Origin: Antedon mediterranea
Lineage: Eukaryota; Animalia; Echinodermata
Reading direction: 5' to 3'
Length of the DNA: 64,000 nt
Assembly: GCF_964355755.1 (NCBI RefSeq)
Contig: NC_092673.1
Span: forward strand, 3,472,001 to 3,536,000
In this document: piece after piece, positions 29,101-39,918 of the stretch
Layout of the letters: each line of letters opens with the position of its first letter
Position numbering within the stretch: the first letter of the stretch is position 1
Translations under genes and position numbers: made by a program
The notes under the pieces: model-generated
What the model was told of the DNA's origin: nothing
The model's database searches: none
The model's input: the letters and a program-made list of their open reading frames with translations, nothing else

Positions 29101-31484
29101 CAAAGGTGAGGAAAGAATCACATTATCCAAACAAACAAATCCAAAATAAACTTCAACAAAATATACAGTGATTTTTATATCATCAGCATCCCTAGTCTTT
29201 ATGACCTCCTCAATGGCAACTTGAATGTGGGTCAAGATGGATTCTAGGCTGCTGTTTAATTTGAAGTAACTAGACAGCTGCTAAAAAGAAAGCCAGCAGG
29301 AGGTGTATACTTAAGACTACACATCATCATGGTTGTCACACCTCCATTGGGCCTAACTATCAAACTGGCATTAGGTGGTAAAATGTCTATTTAAACCATA
29401 TTGTTGGTTTCCACCAATTTGCATGATTTTTTTGTAGTGTTATTAAAGGTCAAGGCCTGAGGAACAGTTGTTTAATGGTGATAGGGCACCACTATGTTAT
29501 TGTATGTTAGGTAAACAAACAAGTTGAACACAATGCTGTAGGTACTTGTTACATAAATAAACGTGTTTTAATAAGTTTTCTGAAAACATGCTTGCATAAT
29601 TCATATGTAGAACAATACACTAATTGCTCCATAATGATTTTTATTCATTAAACTGAATAATTAACAATAGTTTACACACTGTCAATCCTCAGTGGCATTA
29701 TTAAATAATTTAAAAATGTCAAATTAAAAATGTGTCGGCAATAACAGCATGTATTATGAGATGGTTTATGCAGTATTGTTGTATACACTATTGTGTACTG
29801 TTAGATAGAAAAAAACAGGACCAAAGGCTCTATAAAAAAGGGTCTATAAAGCTGTCTATACTATCAAACTAGTTTGACAAAAAAATGTAATGTGCCTAAA
29901 AATGGTAGTGATGTGCCCAAAAATGGTAGTGATATGCCCAAATACGATAGTGATATGCCCAAATATGGTAGTGATATAATATCATCATGTCCATATATGG
30001 GCACAACACATCACATTTTTTTGTTATAGTTTGATAGTGTAGACACACCTTAAGAAAAGACAAAATTAGAGAACAAATCCAGGAAAAAGGCTTGTTGATG
30101 GTTGAACTTGACTTAATATAATAAAAGTATTGATATCAAAAATACTGTACCTGAGACAGCCACCTTAGCTTTACACGGAATCAGTATCTCTTCACTGCTC
30201 ATGGAACTCCCTGATGCTCTTTCCATGCATTCTGCAGTCTTTCGTTTCTGCAGCTCTGACATGTATGCCATCACACGTGCATTGGACATCAGAAGACTCT
30301 TAGCGGCTTCCAGCGACTGTGTCTCCCTCTTGCACGCTGCCAGAAGTTTTGCAGTGCCTTCTCGCATTTTGATCTCCAGATCGATTTTTTGCTGGATGTC
30401 ATAGTCCTAAACAAGAAAGTAAAATGTCTTTGAACACTTTTAGGTACTGTACCTTACATGTATGCATAAGCTCTGCCTACACTATCAAAGTTTATGTGAC
30501 AAAAAATGTGATGAGCCCATAAACATGATGTCATATCACTACTATATTTGAGCATACCATTATCACTACCATATTTGGGTACATCACATCATCATCTCTT
30601 TTTGTCAAACTAATTTGACAGTGTAGACAGAGCTTAACAAAAAGATTTATCTTAGATCATTATACATTATTAGGTCCAAAAGTTTCAAGGAGCTCTGATG
30701 TATTGTATTCTAGGCTCATTATGTGTAGACTGGTTCAAGCCACTAACATTATTCCTGAAATACAGTTCAGTACACTTATTTGATAATAAAGTAAATTAGT
30801 TACTTCAAAATGCACTTGAATCAAACTTAGATACACTTACCTTAGGACACATTTGCAATTATTGCTATCTTATTGATTTCTAAAAGTACTGATACTCCTA
30901 ATTCATTCGTAAATCGAACTTACAAGATTCACAATTTGTGAATTTAAATAATAGACAGGAATATAGAGGAACTAGAGTCCATAAACGGTTAACCTTGGGC
31001 TAAGGTTATTAATCTAATATTAATATAGACATTAAGTACAGTGGTGTGTATGAAATTTAATACTGTAGTCTCAAAATAGTGTTTGTTAATCACCGGATTG
31101 TCTGGATCGATAATGAACGACAAAGTTTATCTACATATGGGTACACTGCAGCTATTTAATTATAACAATGTTCTGTAATAATATTTGCACATGAGATTCT
31201 TAGAGTACCATATTTGATTTATGATATTACATAGCTCCCAAGGAAACAAACATGGTGCTATATTTATTTAACTGGGTGACCTCTTCAGTCAAAGACTGGT
31301 CTCCTACGGGCTCCAGGTATGATCAGTGGCTGTACTGTGTGTGGACTACTGTAGTACATTAAGGTAACTCACTACTCATCTCGAAAGATGTACTAGGTTC
31401 TTTAAAGGTACACATAAGCTATATGTGTACACTGGACCTACAGTTTATATAGTAGTACTGTAGTAGTAGTAGTACTGTAGTACT

Positions 31485-31553
<69 letters not shown>

Positions 31554-34500
31554 CTGTAGTAGTAGTAGTCCTTATCCGAAAAGACTTGTTCTACCACCAG
31601 AACCATGGAGTGAAAAACATTCAATACTGTATACAGTGTAAACCCTACTGTACTATTATAGTATATTTTAACTGTACAGTACTGCAATTTCTCTGAGGAA
31701 TGTTTGGTCACATTTCCAAACACAGAAATACTGTAATAATTTGTTTTGTCCAATGGATACAGCTTGGTTGTATTTTAGCTACAGGTACGCTGTACTACTG
31801 TACCTAGCCTGCAGTCCATAGTAATTCCCAGTATATTATACAATACAAGTTCATTTACTACAATTTTAAAACTGTTGAGTCAATGGTTAAAGAATGGAAC
31901 TATAATATATACAGTACCTTAATGGTTAAACATTGTCAGAATGATGCTCTAATGCTAGCATCAATCAACTGATTACAAGTGTCAAGCACACAGTAGATTT
32001 AACCCCAACAAGTTACTGTATATGGCAAACGCTCATTGTAAAACATCTTGCACTATTACTAAAGTATGGTATCTTTCTTAAAATAAATACACAAGACATC
32101 AAAACACCTACCTTCTGTTTTGTATGACTTACATCTGCCGACATCTTAAAACCACTGTAATAACACCAAAAAGGTGGAAATATTGGACGATAGCGCTATA
32201 CTGTAGTATATAAGGAGTACTCACAATGATAGCAATATGTTAGGCTGTACAAAGATCTTTTTAACATATTGAACTAGAGTATATCTATACGAAGAACACA
32301 TGTGATTGGTCAAAACATCTATCACCATTAGCAACCTTCTGTAACAACCCTAAGAGTTTAATCACTTTGTTTAGCACAACTTGGGTCGTTTTATACCATA
32401 TTAAGGCAGCGATGAAAAATAGGCTAAGTATCTAGAGAGTGTTGACATCAAATGTTAAGTCAATTATTGACAATCACAAAGCTGGAATCATCAATCATGA
32501 TACTATTGGGTATATTTTATTCATTACCAAAACAAGGCATTATTTATATATTGTGGCTAATTCGGAAATGCACCAATTCTCCAATTACATAGAAGACTAG
32601 TCCACTATGTTGGAATCTGGATAATCATGTAATAAAATTGCATATTAACATGCTAAGTAGGTGACTAAAATAACATATGCAATAATTTTACACAAGACTA
32701 TTAAGCATACAGCAGTAACACTGAATATAGATAGTTGAGTTTGGAAGACGAGCACACTACTTAGCCAAATAAGCATAATTAAGGCCAAATATGAATGTAC
32801 CAAAGAATTTATTTTTGTAATTGACTTAAGTCTATTCCTGCTCGAATGCGTAACCTAAATATAGTTCTTAACTGCAATTAATTAAGTTCTCAACTTTAAT
32901 TAATTAATTTCATTAGTCTTGATTAGAAATTTCCATAATGAGTAGAAAATTTCAGTAAATTTTACATGTTGAGTCAGTGATTCAGTACTTGCGAAAATTT
33001 CTGAGCGTGTGCAGAATAATTTTTCGACTTGATAGTCATATTGTGTAGTCACTATAAATGCGTTATAAAATTGAGTGACACTCGTATAGGATGGTGACGA
33101 AAAAAACACACAAGGAGTGCTTTTCGTAAGCCATGTTGGTTTGTTCATGTTTACTAGGGGTTTTACACGAACTCATATTTATACTATAAAGCTTTATCTA
33201 CAGTACACTATCAAACTGAATAAAATGTGATATGCCCATGGACATGATGATGTCATACAGTATATCACTAGCTACCATATATTTGGACACATCACAGTTT
33301 TTTTTGTCAAACTAGTTTGATAGTGTAGACAGAACTTATAAGAGAGGTTACTATAATAAGAACTCGAAGCCGGATTTAACTGAGGATTTGGAACATAAAC
33401 TAATTTAAACCGTTTTGTAATTTACCTCAATGTCTATTATAATATTTACCTGTAAACTTATTGCAAGCTGTCTGAAGTAAAATAAATCCAAGTCTTCTAT
33501 GATATGTTGAGTAGTACTAGAATCCTCCGTCATCTTGGCAGCGTACAGTGTATGTATCACGGGTTAAACGAAACATTCCTTGGCACTGGGGCATTCCCCC
33601 GCCACGGTTAAAATTTATAATCAAATCAATCACCAATTTGATACTTTCTTCCAAAAAGATCTTCAAATTCAAAAAATTAAATTAAAAGCAGCTGCAAGTT
33701 TCAAATCAGGATACAAAGTAAGTCTTTTAACTCTTTTAATTGATTTTGACAATAGATTGTCAGCAGAAATAATAATATTGGAATATGGCAAGTGGTGTTT
33801 GAAAAGGTACTTGAAAAACCACAGTAAATCTTCATACGCTGTGTTCAAAAAGAAGAAAATATTACAGAGCTAGGAGTACTATGAGTGGGTAAAACAGACA
33901 GGAATTGAGAGATTTATCATAAACTATTGCATAACACTTTAGAATAATTGTCATTATTAAAAACATGTCGCCCCTAATCTAAGAGGATATGATGATTAGT
34001 TATATGAAAGTATGCCATTTTTATAGGTGTGTCTAAAAATCAATGGATGGAGATTTTCAATTGCGGGTATGAGGTATAGTAGTTAAAATGAGGGCTAAAT
34101 TTTGAATGTGAATCTTCAAAAGTTTATGGAATATGATGTACTGTACAGTTAGTAATTCCTTGACAACATCTTATTGTTTACACTTAGAAATTATAGAATT
34201 AATCATTTTAGCCTCAATTTATATTATTTTTTTATATATATTTTTTTAATTTGCTAGGGCTTTCTTAAACAATACAGTATTGTATATCATACTGTTCGCA
34301 ATTTTATCAGAGAGCAGAAACAAAGTGGTAACATAATTAATACTGTTTACAATTTTAAAGTTTAAAATGTCATCAATAAAAATAATACGAATAATGGTCA
34401 CAAATAGTAGTAGTAGCAATCTTATACAGGTCTTTTAATTATAAGGAGTAAAAGGAAAATTTAAAAAAGCAAAATCGACTAAGTAAGATTTGAATCCTAG

Positions 34501-37500
34501 ACCAAAACTGCAATCAAAAGGAACAATTGGAAGGAGACCTGTACTGTTATTCCCAAAAATAAACACCCGGAAACGTCCTTTTTAATTCAAAAATTGAAAC
34601 ACAGAGCTATATTGTAGATTATGGAAAATCTAGGGTTTTTAATCAAAAATACAACAGTACTTACCCAAATACTGTTACGGTAGACTATAAATACAGATTT
34701 ATAAAACTAAAAAATCACAAATTAATGATGATAAAACCACAAAAGCACATAACATTGTAAAACGTAAGACAGACTCTGCAATAAGTATAGGATCCGAAAT
34801 GATGCTGATCGTCAAAAGGCATGGGATAGTGTGTAAAGTATTGCTGCAAATATATAGGCCTCAAACTGTGCATGAACTGTGTAACGTAGGACTCAGTAGG
34901 TCTTTCCAAACATGCTTTCACTATTGCTTGAACTACCAGAATGTTAACAGAACTTCAACTTATTAACAGCGACTTTGAAACTGACCTTGTAATATGATGC
35001 TCCATTTGCTCTCTGGCTCCCTCAGTCTATGCTTTTATAATGTAATATAATTCAATTCTAACAACAAAATCAACCTCTTCTCTCCTTTGCTTCATTCTAA
35101 TCATTTTGTTTATCAATATTAATATATCTTTGTTCCGTTTTTAGTAATACTTTTTATTAGCTACTACTACATTTATTGATATTTTACATTTTGGAAATAC
35201 GCCGAATGTTTTACAATTTTTAAAGTAGTTATTTAATACTATCAGTATCAGACTCTGATTTTAGGGATTTTTTTCAAGAGCTTTCTCAACTTTTGATTGA
35301 CACCAAAGTGTTTAATTGATCTTTAATTTTTTTAATTAAAAGTAGTGTTCACTTAATTATCATTCCATTGCTGTTAACTTACTAATATTTTATTTTCTAA
35401 AAATATATCTTTTTTAATTCTAATTTAAACTTGCTGATAGTACAGTAGGCCTATCTTCTAAATAATGTATTCATACAGCAGGACTGTACACACAGATTGT
35501 AATCAATTATGTAAAAAACTATTGTATTTGTACAGTATTGTTACAATCCTACTGTATCAATGTATATTGAATTATTAGCCTAAAGCTCTAGATTTACATT
35601 GTTCAATTATTTAATATTACATAATAATTGTATACAGTAAATAAAGTTAACTATCAGTTATTAAAAATTAAATAAAAATAAATGTTTTAATCTAAATTAA
35701 GAGATGTACAATATTGCATTAAAAAGCTTTCATTTCCATTTAAAATATGTTTTAAGAATAACACACTACAGAAAATAATAATTATTCATGAATTAATACT
35801 GGGATTAATAGCCTGTGGTTGTGCATAGGGGATGAATACTGTAGCTGGGTTTTAGATTTTATTATGTCAACTATACTATGGCCTGATAACACTATTCTGA
35901 TTAATGAAATTAATTCAATCAGGACAAAAATAATGCATTGTTCATATCTCTTTACTACTGGCAAAATGCCACCAATAAATTTCATTTTACTAATAGCTTT
36001 CTAGCAATGGTGTGATTTTATTTACAAGGTATAAAAAGCATAAAGCACTGTCAAATGACAATGTCTATTCAATTGAGTTTCTATTGTACTACAATTGAAG
36101 GGTGTAGATAACTAAACAAAAACTTTAAATGTATTTAATTTAAAATTCACAAAATGAAAATAATGTACAGTACATACTATACTGTAAACTATACTAAACT
36201 GTATTAAAAACACAGGCATCAGTATTTGATAATACAGCAGAATTTTTCTATTAGAACAACCCTAAAGTGCACACTCTCTCCTATGTACTGTACAAACGAG
36301 GGGAAATATATGTTTTAATACTGCGGCCAACACCTTAGTAATATTATTGTATGGAGTGAGTGCAGAATTTGGGTTGGCTTTAGCCTATTTTCACTCCTGG
36401 TTATTTTTTCATTGATGACCTAATAAATATTATTAATAAAATTATTATTATTAATTAATATAGATATATATTACTTAATTAATATAGGCATTCTCACTCC
36501 TGAGGACGATCAAAGTATATTGATCGAAACGCCGAGAAACAGTTCTTTTCAGAACTAATACACGTGGTGTACCGCAAACTTTATATCAACAAAATATTAT
36601 TGTTATTGGGTGACATGCATATTAAGCAGACACTTTATTTGGTCCTAAAAGTGTCCCCTTAATAAAGGTTTCTATTCAATTGTATGTCATAAGGTACAGT
36701 AGGTAACAATAACATTGGATGGGATTGAACCGTGAGATCAACCTATGATGGGTGTGGCTGACATCATTTTAATACAATATTGTTAGGTTATACACACTTA
36801 CTGTATAAATGGTGTTAGCTGACAATGGTCAACTTATTTTCACCTATTTTAATTCAATTATTTGTCTCAACATCTAGTGTTTTCATAAAATGTATTATCA
36901 TCAAATTGATGATCTACTAACAGGAACAAATTCATAAATTCCCTCCCATAACACAGATATTGATCAAAGAATCATTCAGGAATGTTACTAGGCATATTTC
37001 AGAAGGTAATAATATCCTAAAATATATTTTTATCCCAAAAGGCTCAGAAATCTTTGACATAACGAGATAGGTTTTGATTTTGACAAGAATCTGTTCAGAA
37101 TTAGAATACCTTCCAATATTCACAGTAGGGAATGAGGGTGTTTAATTTCAAGAAAACCCACAAAAGTACACTCGCCTTTTAACAAAGGCATAAAAGGTTG
37201 TGTTTTGAATATTTCTAATGTATAATATTTAAAGATATTATCCCTCTAAAGAAATTGTTTTTGTTGAACATTCCATTTATTCACTTTGACCAAAAATTGT
37301 ATCAAAAAAAAATATTTTTCCTGAAATTTGAAAAAAGCAAAAAATACCTAAATTGTATGTCAGACAATGGTTTTTGGTTAAAATTAACTATTTCTTTTGT
37401 CTTTTATAAGTGAAATTTATAATTATTTTTGTTGATTTTTTTTTACAGAAGTGAATAATTTTATTAAAACTGCAAAATGACCTATTCAACGTATGATTTT

Positions 37501-39073
37501 TTAAATCTTTATTTTTTCAGGCTTTTTGGGGCCAATACATCTTTAAACAAAAAATTATTATATTTGAATTTAGCAAGCAGAATTTAATAATTAAACCATC
37601 TTACATTTAAATCAATGTGCAGAATATTTCTATACATAATTTTGTGACTGCGGAATATATAACAGCTTTCCATCATAAATCTGATAGTGTTATCAGCTGC
37701 CTTAACCAATAATGTCATCACCAGTTTTTACTGTAGGCAAATAATGTACAGTACGGTACTTTAAATACAGTAACACAATTTTCCAACATCTAAAATTGCC
37801 CAGCAAATCAATTATTGGAGACAATCCATTTGCTTGATAAAAGTGGTGCGCCTGATGAGCACCATTGTTAAATAAATGTTTAAACTTGCATTTAACAGTT
37901 AAACATTAAAATCATAAGCTTGCTCCTCAAATGTTTTAGTAAATCAGTCTTTTTACTCTAAATATATAATTACTGTATAGGTTTGTTTTCAAAACTCTGA
38001 AAAAAGGTGATGGATTCAGTTCCATTATTAGTTTTGTTTCAGACATTTGATTCTATACTCTGAAAACTCTTGGGCTATTTCTTCATCTTCAGTTTACCAT
38101 TTTTATTTAAGCGTTTATTTGTAGTCTAGAGAGTTGACAAAATACTAACAAATTTAATTTTGAATAGTACTTTAAGTATGAAAATCTGATTACAGTTTAG
38201 TGAACCTATGTACAGTACTGACAGTGACAGTAATGAAAAACAAAATAGAGGGGGCTATTCATAATTCAATAAGAATATAAATATTTCATAGGTTTTTGGC
38301 AAGATTATTACGCAAAAAAGCAGACCTTAGCTAGGACTACTGTCCTGTCCTGTAGCACTGTAATGTACAAAATGTAAAAAAATCTGTACCGCAAATATAT
38401 ACCGTCGGCGTCCGCACCCAATGTGTAGAGCACATATATGTGGAAAAGACATGTTACAAATAAATAGATTGCGCCTCGCATGAACATTATAAATTATATA
38501 CGACAAGCATCATTTTTAGTCAACGCCAAGTTAAGTCGTTGAGCAGCAACAGCAGGTCCCAAATCAAAAAACATACTTTTTACTATTCCCGATAATAATA
38601 CCATCATCTGTCACCTGTAGGCTGTACTCTAGTCTAGGCCTAGCCTTCTTGCTACTACTAGGCCTACACTGTACTTATTTTATCATATTATTATAACACC
38701 ATTGACACGTTTCAAGGCTAGTCTAGCCCTAGCCAACGCACAAACCTAGCTTAGACCCTAACAGGCCTACTTTCCACCGTGGTGGAGGAATGTGTGGGCG
38801 ATGAAAACGCGACGCCTCCGGCCCGGGCGGCATGCGTTGTGTGGGTGCGAGTCTAGGCTAGCCTAGTAGGTGTAGAGCGAGGGCCTACATTTATTTTACA
38901 TGTAGCCTAGGCTACGCTATTTTACAAGTACTTACACGACTTCTAGGATTTACAACAAAATCCGAAACCCTTCTTCGCTTTGGTTTCTGGTTTTCGACAT
39001 TTTCAGACGAACGGCGACGTTTGCGCAATGAAAGTGTTCGTCGAAAGCTACTCGATCTTTTTCTTCCCTCCAT
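8162..39073 (-). CDS. RTKN: Rhotekin (HR1 Rho-binding, anillin-homology and PH domains, C-terminal PDZ ligand), multi-exon
   Basis: Phase-consistent GT-AG exons: 38936-39073, 30151-30406 (DIQQKIDLEIKMREGTAKLL), 27786-27839 (DLRIPIVWK), 26054-26174 (YAVFCLLKIG), 17044-17221, 12280-12394, 11745-11854 (YGHFCCRLVAQP), 10866-10994 (WTRKWCVLKEG, PH), 9792-9957, 9202-9318, 8162-8319 (ends ETNV*). Confidence 0.92.
8512..8822 (+). mobile_element. Deu/Nin-type SINE variant with a different, L2-like 3' tail
   Basis: Head and core match the 14302-14577 family; the 3' part ends GGCGCTTTACAAAT plus an AT-rich tail. Confidence 0.7.
11937..12251 (-). mobile_element. tRNA-derived CORE-like SINE with L2-like tail
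   Basis: On the minus strand: TGGCGCAGTG A-box, CTCTCTCCACCCAGGTGTATAAATGGGTACC core, GCGCTATATAAG plus (ATT)n tail. Confidence 0.7.
13972..13989 (-). CDS. RTKN: Candidate 18-nt rhotekin microexon (ATCSSF)
   Basis: CTAAC branch point, long pyrimidine tract and TTAG acceptor; GTAAGT donor; frame-preserving in a phase-0 intron. Confidence 0.45.
14302..14577 (-). mobile_element. tRNA-derived SINE with Deu/Nin-type central domain and LINE-like 3' end
   Basis: A-box TGGCCGAGCGG, B-box GGTTCGAG, core TCGGATAAGGACTATAAACCGTAGGTCC...GGGGTTACCCCGGTGT, (CAAT)n tail. Relatives at about 21126-21375(+), 31262-31613(-), 41120-41242(-), 47362-47551(-). Confidence 0.85.
15590..15910. repeat. Dispersed AT-rich repeat, inverted copy at about 37275-37520
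   Basis: TTAATTTTAACCAAAAACCATTGTCTGACA here and its reverse complement at about 37358-37388, with aligned flanks. Confidence 0.7.
16255..16913. mobile_element. Nested DNA transposons: Harbinger-like MITE (TAA TSD) interrupted by a TIR element at 16304-16789
   Basis: Outer TIR AG(G/A)CCAATTTACACAG; inner TIR TAG(A/G)GAGGTTTCGCAA. The uninterrupted outer copy is at 60357-60531. Confidence 0.8.
18334..18483. mobile_element. Harbinger-like MITE copy (same family)
   Basis: Both TIRs present with TA(A) flanks. Confidence 0.85.
18951..20573. repeat. 17-bp minisatellite, about 95 units, GAGT(CAAC/TACC)AACACCA(A/T)T
   Basis: Directly visible head-to-tail units with two recurrent variant positions. 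Confidence 0.97.
21126..21375 (+). mobile_element. Deu/Nin-type SINE copy, 5'-truncated
   Basis: Same core and GGGAGACCAGTCTTTGACTGAAGAGG 3' stem-loop. Confidence 0.85.
23024..24544 (+). CDS. RING-finger (C3HC4) / coiled-coil protein, TRIM-like without an obvious B-box; about 273 aa, nested antisense in a rhotekin intron
   Basis: Exons 23024-23540 (CTIC...CNHTLCQEC...CPEC; AG|GTAAGT donor) and 24240-24544 (CAG acceptor, phase 1 in frame). A 5'UTR acceptor lies at 22988. Confidence 0.8.
26770..27304. mobile_element. Non-autonomous TIR element, Harbinger-like
   Basis: TACCCCTTTCACA ... TGTGAAAGGGGTA termini, with internal GTGTGAAAG subrepeats. Confidence 0.6.
30469..30634. mobile_element. Harbinger-like MITE copy (same family)
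   Basis: Both TIRs and the internal ATATCACTACCATATTTGGG repeats are present. Confidence 0.85.
31450..31568. repeat. (TAG)n microsatellite with TACTG interruptions, inside a SINE copy
   Basis: Directly visible; flanks are SINE core sequence. Confidence 0.95.
32112..32144 (-). CDS. RTKN: Candidate third rhotekin first exon (MSADVSHTKQK)
   Basis: AAG-ATG context, 11 codons, AAG|GTAGGT donor, phase 0. No homology support. Confidence 0.35.
33450..33533 (-). CDS. RTKN: Rhotekin alternative first coding exon
   Basis: MTEDSSTTQHIIEDLDLFYFRQLAISLQ followed by GTAAAT, phase 0, compatible with exon 30151-30406. Resembles the recalled mammalian isoform start HILEDLNMLYIRQMALSLE. Confidence 0.8.
36491..36539 (+). 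ncRNA. Degenerate Penelope-type minimal hammerhead ribozyme motif
   Basis: CTGAGGA core, stem II GATCAA/TTGATC, GAAAC, stem I CTC/GAG. The cleavage triplet is GCC rather than GTC. Confidence 0.55.
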
Positions 39074-39918
39074 TATTTTGAAAAAAAAGCCGACCGGAAA
39101 AAAGTAAATGAGAAAAAGTTGAGGGCTCACTACATGTTTTTAAACACAAACATATTATTTTTTTTTGTATCTTGAATATTATTATGAATACGGTTGTATT
39201 TGCATAAAATTAACAATTATTATGATCAAACAGTAAAATACAATATTTCAAGCAAAACTGCTTTGTTAAAATTTGTAGGCATTTTCTATTCATTTACAGC
39301 AGAGTTGTTAATTAATTAAGAACAACTCCCTGTTTAAATGCATAATGTTAATATCTTACTCCAAACAACTTAATTGAATACAGTAGTTTCACTAACGATT
39401 CTGTTTATCACGATTTCCAGTATATCACTGGATTGCTTACAGTTTCTCTATGCCTGTCAAAGTACACATCAAAAAAACATAATATGAATTTCTATCAAGT
39501 TATTTGCCCCATAAATCAAGTTTAGCACTCTTTATATACAAATTAATGTTCTCTTTATATAGTACTCTCTTTATATATCAATTAATACCCGATTTATAAT
39601 CAATTACACATTCCAAACCACCTGATTATATGTAAAAAATAGCATTTTCAACTAATCCAATATCTGATAAATAAACTTGAACCTACAAAAAAAGAGGGTT
39701 TTTAAATTAATAAAGCAAACATCCATGGCACAAAATATAATATAGTGTGGATGTAACATTCACTGCTCAAATTTGTTTTCACACACAAATATACTGTTGG
39801 CCGGCAAGAAGTATTTTCAGAAACAGTCACAGTTCTGATTCTGTGTCATATATATTCATTTATTTAATATTCAGACAGTGTTATTCAACCAGACAGTGTT
39901 ATTCAACCAGACAGTGTG

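Noticed and set aside
31445-31753. 102-aa ORF with poly-Thr
   Set aside because: Artefact of the (TAG)n microsatellite and SINE sequence.
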